Below, one piece after another: positions 12,794-24,026 of a stretch of DNA of 64,000 nt. Each line of letters opens with the position of its first letter. The first letter of the stretch is position 1. The DNA lies in the NCBI GenBank assembly GCA_001661245.1, contig KV454011.1, positions 461,498 to 525,497 on the forward strand, in the 5' to 3' direction. The translations under genes were made by a program, and so were the position numbers. Below the pieces are notes generated by a model. The model was given only the letters and a program-made list of their open reading frames with translations, was not told the DNA's origin and made no database searches. The DNA comes from Pachysolen tannophilus NRRL Y-2460. Its lineage: Eukaryota.

Positions 12794-14842
12794 ATGGTTG
12801 CGTAAGTGACAGATTCATTAGAGTATTGAAAGATACTTTATCTTCAAAATATGACTTTGAATTCTTTTTTCAGTATTTGAAATAGATATTTCGAAAGACA
12901 TAAGGAAAGTTCATATTAGAGGATAACTTGGGATTTGTTCATCAATCTTTTTCTTTTTCTTGTTTTTTTTTTTATGTTCTTCTTCTTTTAAATGACATGA
13001 AAAGCAGCAATGAGATAAATTATTCTAAGAAAAAAAAAGAAAGGTTCTTTAGTTTTCAGGACTAAAGGTTATGGGATCACTGAATGTATGGAACTAAGTT
13101 TCAATCGTTTACTTTTCCCAACTTCTACCCTTGAGTTTTTCATAATGTTTTTTAAAAAATTTTCAGTTTTTTTGGAAAGCTTTTTCTACAGTTTTCAGAA
13201 GTTTTTTTTTGGTATCATTGGATTTTTCAACTCGTTATATACCGTAATCCGTTTTGACTACCTTTGGGGAAACCTTGAGGTATAGGATATGGTTAGAATA
13301 GAATAAAATCCATAAAAAAAAGAAGAAAAACTGAAATAAAAGCTTTCTGGTTAAATTCTGTTTAACTTTCTTATTCTTTGAATAAGGTTTTGTGACTTAT
13401 GTTGATCCAAAGATTATTCACTGATTTTTTGGATTGACTGTCACTAAAAACATTCCATGGGAGAATTAGATTATAACCATTGCAAAAAGAAAGAATAGAA
13501 TCAAAAAGAACCAATACAATGGATTTTTTCTAAAATTATATGAAGCCATTACTTTTGAATTCCCCGGTCTGGGGATCGAAAGTAACATAATATAATGGAC
13601 TGAAATCTATTTTCCTCTGAACTTTTTTTAAAATTGTTTTTTGAAATTCTTTTTTTCTCTTTTACAAGAAAAAAGAATTTAAAAAGCATTATTATTTTTT
13701 GAAGCATTTTTTAATAATAGAATGATTGTGGCAAATCAGTTCTATTGTTAAGATCTTCATATGTAATAATGGATATTTTTGAAAGATTAATTATCTTCAA
13801 AAGTATCATTTTACTAACATTTCTGTAATTATTATAGTCCAATTCAAAAACCAGAAACCTTAGTTAAGAAGGAAAAGGCTCAAGAAAAAAACAGCAAAGA
13901 AGCTGCTGAACAAAAAGAGCTCAGACAAAAGGTACGTTATTATTTTAAAAAATGATCAGCAAAAGAAACTAAAAAGAAATGGATAAACTAGTTGTAACCT
14001 GTATTGTTTTATTTAACTTAAGTGATGATAACCATATTTCTATCGACTAGCTTCATTGCGATGTTGTCGTTCAGTTAACCATCTTTCGGGGCTGAAAAAG
14101 TCGAATTTTGCATTGTTTCAATTGTTTTCCATTTTCTTTGATCTGCAAAGATTTTTTTAATAAACAAGGTATCTTAATAATACTAACTTAATTTTTTTGT
14201 TAATAATTATAGGCTAACAAATTGAAGCGTGAAGAACTGTACGCCAGAATTGAAGCTTACACCAAAGAGTACCATGCTGCTGAACGTGCTGTCATTGACG
14301 CTAAACGTGAAGCTAAAGCCAACGGTTCTTACTACGTTGAAGCTCAACCAAAATTAGTCTTTGTTGTCAGAATTAAGGGTGTTAACAAAATCCCACCAAA
14401 GCCAAGAAAGGTCTTACAATTATTAAGATTATTACAAATTAACGCTGGTGTCTTTGTTAGAGTCACCAAGGCTACTTCTGAATTATTAAGATTAGTTGAA
14501 CCATATGTTGCTTATGGTTATCCATCTTTGTCAACCATTAGACAATTGGTTTACAAGAGAGGTTACGGTAAGGTCAACAAACAAAGAATTGCTTTATCAA
14601 GCAACGAAATTGTTGAAGCTAACTTGGGTCAATACGGTATCTTCACCCTTGATGATTTGATCCACGAAATTTACACTGTTGGTCCAAACTTCAAGAAGGC
14701 TAACAACTTTTTATGGCCATTCAAATTATCTAACCCATCAGGAGGTTGGAGCACCAAGAGAAAGTTCAACCACTTCATCCAAGGTGGTGCTTTCGGTAAT
14801 CACGAAGAACACCTTAACACCTTAGTTAAGAAGATGATCTAA
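12794..14842 (+). CDS. RPL7: 60S ribosomal protein L7 (uL30); exons 12794-12801, 13838-13931, 14213-14842 (243 aa)
   Basis: [27 protein letters not shown] and [11 protein letters not shown]. Both introns have GT donors, TACTAAC and TAG, and the exon phases sum in frame. Confidence 0.96.
14022..14095 (+). ncRNA. Intronic box C/D snoRNA, snR39/snR39b family
   Basis: C box GTGATGA at 14022 and D box CTGA at 14092. The guide ACCATCTTTCGGG is complementary to the conserved 25S rRNA sequence CCCGAAAGAUGGU. RPL7 introns are established hosts of this family. Confidence 0.88.
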
Positions 14843-15003
14843 GTCTTTTAATGAACATTTAATCTTTTTGTATAGTGTTTAAAAGGCTGTGTTATTCTGG
14901 TTGTATTTGTGTGTTAACTCTTTTTATTTTTTTTCTTTTTTTGAGTATATATCTATTATATAAAAAAAGAATCTAATATAGAAAAAAAAAAATCTATATA
15001 TCA

Positions 15004-15999
15004 TTAAATGTTGTAAGAAGATTGAGAGAATTCATGTTCCTGCAGTTTTGTAATAACCATTCCATTTAATTCTTTTTCAATTATTGTAACCAATTCATTT
15101 AATATGTTGTCATTTAGAATTCTTCCAGTAACACTGACTGTATTTGAATCTTTATGTGGATAACATCCCAATTTAATATCAATTTGATTAAATCGATCAT
15201 TTTTAATCAATTTGTTCAATATAGGAGCAATTCTAGACTCTGGGAATTTAGTGTTAACATAATAAGATTTGAATTTTAAATTTGGATCCAATCTTTTAGC
15301 AATTGCAGGATCGATACCTTCTAATAACATACGTTCAAATAATCTAGGTATACCGGGTAAAATATTTAATTTATTATTAATGTTAACAATAGGGACCCAT
15401 AAATCTTGAGTATAAAAAGTTTGAACATTAGAACCATGCGGTAAAGTAACCATTCTTAAATTAGCTTCTTTTTGTTCTTTGTTAAAATTTTTAATTAATT
15501 CCGAGTGATGAGTTTCTAATTTTTCCCTAGCAAACAAATCTATCTCTAGTGGTAAATTGAATGCCTTAGCAATTGAAGAATAAGTAATATCATCATGCGT
15601 TGGACCAATGCCTCCACTTGTTACAATAAAATCAAATTTTTTATCAAATTCCAAGACTGTATTTTTAATTTCTAATTCATCATCACCAATAATTGAAATT
15701 TTTTTCAAATCAATACCTTTTCCAAAACAATATTTTGCAAAAAATTGAGAATTTGTATCTCTAATCTTTGAATTCAAGACTTCATCTCCAATTACCTAAT
15801 TATAAAAAGCAATATGTTAGTATTAGTTGGGAATCTAATTTTAAAAAAAATCTTATTTTCCTACTAATCACACCATACATACTATACATCCGGCTGTTTT
15901 AATTGGAGTTAAATATGTTGATGAAAATCTAACAAGAAATCCACTTAACAAATAATTGCAATTTTTCTTCGTTAATTTATGAAACATAACTTGAAACAT
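15004..15999 (-). CDS. Molybdopterin-binding/CinA-like FAD pyrophosphatase (YMR178W/FPY1-like); exons 15999-15883 and 15795-15004
   Basis: Spliced KTAGCI|VIGDEVLNSKIRDTNS, plus TSGGIGPTHDDIT and ILPGIP motifs. Intron 15882-15796 has GTATGT/TACTAAC/TAG. The N-terminus is basic and presequence-like. Confidence 0.88.
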
Positions 16000-17979
16000 T
16001 ATAGTATTTTTAGTGTGAAAACTTCATAGGGATACTTGTTACAATATATATATATAAATATATATATAAATATATACTTAATTGTAATTTTGAGGGGATG
16101 AAAAAAGAAAATATAATAAACAATTAGAATAAATCCGATCAATTTTTAATACAACAAATATCATCTTAAAAATCAATTAATACTTACTCAAATACATTTA
16201 ATTATTCATAAAGGTCCATCTAGTTAATAAATAATAGATAGTTTCTTCTTGAATGCAGAATTTCTATTAAAAACACAAAAAGCAAAAAAAAAAAAAAGGT
16301 CCTTGTCAATTGAGCACGATAATTTTTTAACAAACTATAATATATCTATGATTGATCTATCTATCTATCTATCGCTATCACTAAACTAGACTACAGGGCT
16401 ATTGTGAATTTTGACTAACTAGTCATTCATTTTGATTTACAATGAGGTAATGTCTTTACAGAAAACTGAGTAAGTAAATATATTGCTCTCTTGATGTGAC
16501 CATTATTTGAGCAAAGTACTATTTCATTATTGTTCCAGAAAAGTTTACTATCTCTAGCTCTAACTCTAGCTCTAGTTCTAGCTTTAACTTTGGATTCAAG
16601 AGGCAGTATCAGTAAAGAACTAGGCTATAAAAAAAGATGAAAGGTTTTTATCTAATGCTGAAAATACATAATCTTTTAAAACTGCAAGCAATCCTTTTTT
16701 TTTCCTTACTTTGTTCATTGTCTTTTGTTTTTCGTTATTATTACCCCTGATTTTCATTATGCAAGCGCGCGACCACGATATCGCGCTTTGCTGGCTATGA
16801 ACTATATGAACTATTTACTAGTTTATCCGATAAGCTGATATACTTTATATAATTGCGAAAAGGCGATGAAGATAGAAAAGAAAAGACCAAATGGACCTTT
16901 CTATGATTTATGATCTATGATCTTCCTTAAGACGCCTTTTATTAATTATGTCCCAATTTTTTTTTTCTTACTCTTTTTTTATTTTTAGGTACAACAATGT
17001 TTTTTTTTAAAGTTTTACTATTACTACTATGCTCACGAAACAGCTGTTCCGTGACTTAAAAAATAAAAGAAAAAGAAAATTGGAACTAATTATTCACTTA
17101 GCAATTATTTTAGCTAACATTATTGATAAAAAAGAAAGAACATATATTGTCATTTTTTGATCCAATCTTTTATCCCTGATGGATGGCAGATGATTGAAAA
17201 TTCGTTTCTTTCCAAAAGCAACTCACCCATTTTAATATTTTTCCTGCCACTGGGCTTAAAGTGTGTATGTAGTATTTAATATTTTTATATTTCCTCTTTT
17301 GGTAAATTACCACCATTTTCCAAGTCGCATCTGGTTCTGTGCCTTTTATGCCCCTGCCCTTTTTTCATAAAATAATGTTTAAACGAGTGATATTAAGACT
17401 AGAGGTAGTTAGATAACAGGTAAATAGTAGTAATTAATATTTTTGGCGCGTCATAATAATTCATAAATTACCAGCGAAAGAAGAAGAAGAAAAAGCCAAA
17501 AAAAAAGGGAATGAGTTAATAACAGTTAAATTTCTGAAACAAAATGCAAAAAAAAAAAATTTTTTTTACTTAATTTTGCTGGAAAAAAAAAAGTGTAAGG
17601 AACGAAAAAAGAAATTTTTTTTTTTTTTTAAATCAAACCAACGGCTTTGCCCTTGCCCCTTTATTAGATCTGTAGGAGGTTCAATTAAACTATTAAAGAA
17701 GTATTAATATAAAACTCAAGTACTAAATATAAAATACACAAAATTTTTTTCGTTCTCAAATGGTGTCATCACTTTCAAAATTTTTTAGATATCTATAAAT
17801 AAAAGCTGATATCTTATAAGTCATAAATTTGGAAAAATTAGTTGCTTTATTAAAGGAAAGGAAGTTGATACATTGTACAACTTTAGTATTTTGTTTGTTG
17901 GTGTCGGTTTTTTTTTTATTATTATTTTATAACTCTGATTGATCCACCCATTTTTTCCCGTTGCCTTTTTTAAATTTTT

Positions 17980-18017
<38 letters not shown>

Positions 18018-18108
18018 GTACTTAAAGCATCCAAAACTCTTTTTCTTCAGAAGGCGGGTATTATTACTTTATTTTATTAATTCAGAGATTTAAATCATAT
18101 TGCAAAAA

Positions 18109-18801
18109 ATGGTTGTTCCTCCACCATATGATCCGGTTTTATTGAGAGAACATGCTTTTTATGATTCGCATTTAAGATCGTTGGTAATACCACCAACTAA
18201 TACGCCGGCTAGTGGTTTCAAGTCGATTTCCGAATCAGGTTTGGGATTATTTAATTATTATTTTGCTAGAAATTATGAAGTTGATAGAGTTGAAGGTTCA
18301 TATATTTTTAAGAATTTTCTAGAAAAATATGGTTTTTTGGTTTTCATATTTTTGATGTATTTCATCTATAACAAATATGTTACAATGAAAAATTTCAAGA
18401 GTCATCGTCAATATGAAGCAACAAAAAATATTCCAAAACTGTTGTTATCACCATTCTTACATGCTACAACTACGGTGAAAAAACTGAGAAACAAGATTCA
18501 AGAAACAAATGGTAGAATGGATGATATAGAATCATCACCTATCTTGGATGGGTACCCATCGGACCTTGAGTTGGAACCAATTTCTTCGGAAACCCCAGGA
18601 TCAATTTTATCTCTTGGTTCACCACCACCTTTATCACATTCACCTTACTCTCCGGAAGAATTAAGAGAAGAAAGATATTTGGTTCCTAATAATGATAAAT
18701 TTTTAAATACTTCATCTTTCTTGAAATTTTCAGATATAAATTTGAAAATTAACAATGCCGATCTTGGAAGTAACAGTTTTGGCCGTCTCAAGACGGAATA
18801 A
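18109..18801 (+). CDS. Uncharacterised single-TM protein
   Basis: 230-codon ORF from ATG 18109 with one hydrophobic stretch (YGFLVFIFLMYFIY) and a Ser/Pro-rich tail. Family not recognised. Confidence 0.7.
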   Translation: MVVPPPYDPVLLREHAFYDSHLRSLVIPPTNTPASGFKSISESGLGLFNYYFARNYEVDRVEGSYIFKNFLEKYGFLVFIFLMYFIYNKYVTMKNFKSHRQYEATKNIPKLLLSPFLHATTTVKKLRNKIQETNGRMDDIESSPILDGYPSDLELEPISSETPGSILSLGSPPPLSHSPYSPEELREERYLVPNNDKFLNTSSFLKFSDINLKINNADLGSNSFGRLKTE

Positions 18802-19925
18802 ATGATATGTACCACCGCTTATCTGGGATAAGTCAGTTTCAAACATAGTCACGTACATATATAATCGTCATTCGTGTGGTTATTTGGTATCATTTTCGTT
18901 GCATTTTTTTTCCCCCTTTTTTCCTTTTTTGTCATTTTTGTTACTTTTTGGAGCTTTATTATTAACGTTTGCATCTCATTTTCAACGTTCGTTATTTTCA
19001 CGTCTCATAGGATACTCAATTATATGGTTGTTGTTTTATCTGACAAGAGAAAAGCAAAAACAAAAAAAAAAAAATAGGTTTGAGAAAAGAAGGAAAAAAA
19101 AAAAATTTTTCATTTTGTTTTCTTATTTTTGTTGTTTTTGCTGTGCATTTTTGGTACAATTTTTGGTTACATTCAGCTGTTTATTTTCATTATTTTGTTG
19201 GTTTAGTGGAACCAGTATAACTGAGTCTCTTCTTTTTTTTATTTTTATTTTTTTTTTTTTAAAAAAAAAAGTCATTTCTATATACATTTTTTTTTTATCT
19301 CTACATACGTTTAATTTAAAAGTCATTCACTTATATTTCTTCTTATCACCGTAAAGGTTTCCCAGTGTACTGTTAATTAATTTAACTTTTCTTCATTCCT
19401 ACTTTCATTCACCTCTTCAAAAAATTTGACCTCTTTCCGCTATATGCAACTTTATGCATAAAATGAAAAAACATATTCTACTTGTAAATGGCGATTTGTA
19501 TTTGTTCAACTTTTATATTCAAAATCTAATTCTGATCATTAAAACTAATCCTCTAATCTACATTATTACTATTTTCTTCTCCATTTGCTCTTGAATTTGA
19601 AAGTTTGCTAGATATAAATCGCAATTGAAAAATCGCCAAATATATGCCATGCTGCATGGTAGAAAAGATAATATGCAAGTAATTTTACACCTTTTTTTTC
19701 GCAAAAAAAAATAAAAAAAAACAAGATGCGTGATTATATAAGCATATATTACATATAGAAGAAATGACGTTGGAATTTAAATGCGTTTATTATTAACTAT
19801 AACTAATTAACAACCCGCCTTTTTTTTCTTTTCTTTTCTATATGCCTCAAAATACGAAATACGAAATACAAAAAAATACAAAATACGAAAAAAAAGAAAA
19901 TAGCTATGCAAATACAATACAGATC

Positions 19926-21242
19926 TTAATTACTTTCCTTGATTAGTTCGTTAATACTTCTCATTTTATCATCGCACTCCATGAGGACTTCTTTTAAGTT
20001 TCGTAATTCAGATCTACCAAATAAGTAACAAATCATTCCATTAGCAGTACCAGTAACTGCTAAGACAATTCCAAATAAACACAATAGCACTGCAGACCAT
20101 GGTGCAATTACAGCTGGAAATGTAATTGCAACTAATACTCCAATGATTAATAGATAAGAAATGAAAAAATGAAGCATTCTCCAATTTTTTTGAAATGGTA
20201 CTGTTTTATTAATGTAATTTGTTATTTCTAATTTGATATCTAAGTATAATTTTTTTTTCAAATTTAAAATATCAGAATTTACATTTATCTCATTATTAGT
20301 ATTAGTGATTGGTAATACTTCCAAAGTGGTTGTGTAAGCAAAATGATCAGAATAAGATCCAATATTGGGTATTTTCTCAGTAAAGACGACTTTTGCATCA
20401 ATTGGTTTTAATTTCTTATCATCTATAAAAGCATAATCCAACCTACATGCTTCATCTGGTTTTCTATCTGCTCTCCAAGTGTTTAAAAGTGAATCACATG
20501 TAGTTCCACCAACTTCAATTTGTAATTCCGCTGGCATTTCTTTTATTTCATTTAAATCTTGTACACCATTAATCAATTCCCAACTATCTTTAACACCACT
20601 TTCAGCTTGGAAAATTCTAAAAGGTAAAGATCCAGGTTTCGAATTTAAATCACCAACAATGATAACTGCATATCCTGCTTTAGATAATGTGGATGCAATC
20701 TCTGCAAAATCCCAAGCTTGACAAGTTCTATGAGTTGAATAAGCAGCATCTCCAACTAATGAATAAGGAGCATGCATATGAGAATTTAATATTGCCACTG
20801 GTGATGAATTTTTAGTCAATGGTTTCAATTTAGCCACTGCAATGGATTTACCAACATACCAATCACCTCTGAAAAATGCAGATGGCCTACCATTAATTGG
20901 GAACCTATATAAAAAAGTAGATTCAATTGGAATCTTGGACAATATAGCTAAACCTGGTCCTGCTATAATTCCTGAAGAAAACCATCTCCGATAAGGAAAT
21001 AAACTTGTACATAGCTTATCAATAAGTTCCCAATCTTCAGCACACCATATCTCTTGTAACGCAACAACATCATAATTATCGGATTCACTTGTTGGATTCG
21101 ATAACCTTTCTGCTAGAGCGGTTAACCTTTGCTTCCGAAATTTCGAAACATACTTCAACCCCCACGTATTAAACGTCAATAACTTGACCTTGGGATTGCC
21201 CATTGAAGAAATCAAAGTATTTGCCGATAACGTATCATTCAT
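19926..21242 (-). CDS. ISC1: Inositol phosphosphingolipid phospholipase C
   Basis: LLTFNTWGLKYVSK, ALQEIW, FPINGRPSAFFRGDWYVGKS, GDLNS, SDHF, and two C-terminal TM segments. Confidence 0.93.
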   Translation of the reverse strand: MNDTLSANTLISSMGNPKVKLLTFNTWGLKYVSKFRKQRLTALAERLSNPTSESDNYDVVALQEIWCAEDWELIDKLCTSLFPYRRWFSSGIIAGPGLAILSKIPIESTFLYRFPINGRPSAFFRGDWYVGKSIAVAKLKPLTKNSSPVAILNSHMHAPYSLVGDAAYSTHRTCQAWDFAEIASTLSKAGYAVIIVGDLNSKPGSLPFRIFQAESGVKDSWELINGVQDLNEIKEMPAELQIEVGGTTCDSLLNTWRADRKPDEACRLDYAFIDDKKLKPIDAKVVFTEKIPNIGSYSDHFAYTTTLEVLPITNTNNEINVNSDILNLKKKLYLDIKLEITNYINKTVPFQKNWRMLHFFISYLLIIGVLVAITFPAVIAPWSAVLLCLFGIVLAVTGTANGMICYLFGRSELRNLKEVLMECDDKMRSINELIKESN

Positions 21243-21461
21243 CTTCCCACTTTATATATATATTAATATATCTATATATATATATATATATCATTATTAT
21301 CGTCATCATCACCTTGAACATGCTACAGTTTCAGTTTTGCACATTTTTTTGTATTTGACATTATCTGTTTTTTGATATATGAAACACGACTCTTTGTTTC
21401 TGTTTCTTTTTTGAAGTAAGCGCGTTTAATTATTTGATGTTTACATTTTATTATATTTGTT

Positions 21462-21503
<42 letters not shown>

Positions 21504-21528
21504 AATATTCAAGATCAAGAGGTTGAAG

Positions 21529-22266
21529 ATGAGTTCTGCGGCAGCTAATGAGAATGGTCATGTGTCTGGTAGTTTTGGTAGAGACTATAGTATTTCTGCG
21601 TTGGATGAATTTAATAGTGATTTAAAAACTCAAATGAATAGTTTTTTAAGTTTGTTTAATAAAAAAATTAATGATTCCAAAAATGAATTAGTATCTAATA
21701 ATTATATTATGATAATAAATGATTTGAAACAACAACAACAAGATTTGTTGAAGCAGATAGATACTTTGACTAAGGTGAAAGAAGAGTTGGAATTTGAAAA
21801 TGCAAGTGAATTAAAAGAGTTGGAAAATTTATCTAAAAAAAATTTGGAGTTATCTAATCAGCAGGCTTTATATGATAACAAAAAGATGGAATTAGAAGAT
21901 TCTATTAATAAATTAAATGAATCTATATTGAATAAAGAAGAAACTATAAAACTGCTTGATTCGAAATTAGCTAAGAATAGGAAATTGGATGTAACAGAGT
22001 TAACTAAATTTGAAACTTATCTTGGATTAAAAATTGATGCTTTAAGAGAAGATTTATTAAAATTTACATTTAGAAATATTGATTTAAATGATTATAATAA
22101 AGAATATTCATTTCAATTGGATCTTCTGAATGAAAATTACAAAATTGTGCAAACATCTCCAGTAATAAATGAAACTGATTTGGCTAAAATTGAAAATCAT
22201 TTCAATACTCATAGAGAATTAGGAAAATTCTTGAGAGAAATTAGATCATATTTCCGTTCACTTTAG
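21529..22266 (+). CDS. SPC25: Ndc80-complex kinetochore subunit Spc25-like
   Basis: Long coiled coil followed by FETYLGLKI..LKFTFRNID..FLREIRSYF (RWD-like C-terminus). Confidence 0.75.
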   Translation: MSSAAANENGHVSGSFGRDYSISALDEFNSDLKTQMNSFLSLFNKKINDSKNELVSNNYIMIINDLKQQQQDLLKQIDTLTKVKEELEFENASELKELENLSKKNLELSNQQALYDNKKMELEDSINKLNESILNKEETIKLLDSKLAKNRKLDVTELTKFETYLGLKIDALREDLLKFTFRNIDLNDYNKEYSFQLDLLNENYKIVQTSPVINETDLAKIENHFNTHRELGKFLREIRSYFRSL

Positions 22267-22450
22267 GTAAGGCCTTTTTTTTTTTAGTTTATTGGAACTC
22301 TTTTTTCTTTTTCTTTGTTACGGTTTGTTTTACTTTTTTTTTTCAATTACAATAAAAATAACTACATAATAATAAACGTTAATAAAAAAAAAAATAATAA
22401 TAAAAAAAAAAAGTACAATTAAAATGACCAAACTTGAATAATATTTTCAT

Positions 22451-23785
22451 TTATTTTTTAGCTGGGGGTGGAGGATGTAATGGAGGAGCCAGGTTTCCAT
22501 TTGTAGTTTCTGACTTTTTGTTTCCAGAATTAGCGTCAAGTTCTTTAGACCTCTTAGTTTCTTCGTCAAAATAAGAACTTAAATCACTTATGGTATTATT
22601 ATACTTATTTGAAGTTTTTCTAGTCGCATGGTTATGTTGATGCGACGAAACTGGTCCACGCAGAGCTAATTGCGCACCTTCTAACGGTACGTATTGCTCG
22701 TTCCCGTTACTTGGAGGATTAGTTGCATCAGGAGAAGTTTCCGTAGTAAGATTAGTAGAATTAGTCAAAGGAGATTTCGATGGCAGCAGCAGTGCCGGTA
22801 TGAAAACGTTACGATTATCATAATTCTCAGTACTGTCAAATAAAGCTTTCCCAGGACCCAAATCAAAATCTCCTTCTTCTAAAAGTTGTTCATCTTTAAA
22901 AATGTCATTGAATCGATCATCTCCTTCTCCTGATAAAATCTCACTACTTCCATATTTTCCTATAACTTCAGGTAGTCTATGTAAAAGGCCATAACCAACA
23001 TCACAACCAAGCATTCCTTTTCCTCCCCATAATGTATTTGGTTTTAAAGTAACTGGTCTTATAACATCAAAATCATGGTTGTAAACGTATAATATAATTG
23101 TAGAATTAGAACCATTTCTCAGATGTAATGATGACACGACCCGCGACAACAAATCTTCTCCACCTGTTGCTAACAATCCATCTTGTGCTCCAACAATATA
23201 ATCCGATTGCGGTAATAATCCAGCCTGGTAAGCAGGAGAATTTTGATGGACAGAGAGAACATGCCATACAAAAGTTGACGTTATTAGAGGTGTTAATTGA
23301 ATGGATAACCCAATTTTTTTAAACAAGTTGTTAACTAATACATTATCGCTTGGATTTGCTGACGTAGTAGTAGTTGGTAATGATGGCTTATCTAGATTCA
23401 CATCTTCTAATTCACCTTCTTTCGGAAGAAATTCCTTATATGAAATAGTAACTACTCTTCTAATCCCTCCTTTGGCATTCCAGGTAATAAATCTAAGATC
23501 CTGATTATTCAGAATCAAATCGCTTAAAAATTGAGTAAATCTATTCAAATCAATTTTAATAGTATCATTACTCGCACGCTCATAAAATATTGATATTTCA
23601 TAATTGTTTATTCCTAAAATATAATCAAACCAACTTTCAAATTTCTTATTGGAAGCTATAGAATCAGGTTTCACTGCAAGCACACGAAGACCAAACTCTT
23701 CATCGCGAGCATTTTGAAAATACTTATCATTAGAACTTGATTGCAATTCAATTGTTGAAACCAATTTTTTTGCAAAAGCAAACAT
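22451..23785 (-). CDS. GRH1: GRASP55/65 homologue
   Basis: MFAFAKKL N-terminus, ESWFDYILGIN, WHVLSVHQNSPAYQAGL, WGGKGMLGCDVGYGLLHRLP. Confidence 0.92.
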   Translation of the reverse strand: MFAFAKKLVSTIELQSSSNDKYFQNARDEEFGLRVLAVKPDSIASNKKFESWFDYILGINNYEISIFYERASNDTIKIDLNRFTQFLSDLILNNQDLRFITWNAKGGIRRVVTISYKEFLPKEGELEDVNLDKPSLPTTTTSANPSDNVLVNNLFKKIGLSIQLTPLITSTFVWHVLSVHQNSPAYQAGLLPQSDYIVGAQDGLLATGGEDLLSRVVSSLHLRNGSNSTIILYVYNHDFDVIRPVTLKPNTLWGGKGMLGCDVGYGLLHRLPEVIGKYGSSEILSGEGDDRFNDIFKDEQLLEEGDFDLGPGKALFDSTENYDNRNVFIPALLLPSKSPLTNSTNLTTETSPDATNPPSNGNEQYVPLEGAQLALRGPVSSHQHNHATRKTSNKYNNTISDLSSYFDEETKRSKELDANSGNKKSETTNGNLAPPLHPPPPAKK

Positions 23786-24026
23786 CTTTTAAAAAATCAA
23801 ATAAATTTCTACTTCTTCTCTTGATGAAAAAAATGACTTAATATTTTCAATTCGATAAATATCCAATATATATAACTATATATCCATCTATATATATATT
23901 ATATATATTATATAGTAATATCGATACCATCTCAAACCAAGATGGAGGAAAGTTTTGATCCTTTATACACTCCTTTATAATGTCCTCCTCCAAACTACCA
24001 GTTGGTCAATTGAGACAATTGAGACT

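Noticed and set aside
13088..13285. 65-aa ORF in RPL7 intron 1
   Set aside because: Phe-rich product of the T-tracts that form hairpin arms.
18874..19354. Three overlapping Phe/Lys-rich ORFs
   Set aside because: Products of poly-T and poly-A tracts in a convergent 3' region.
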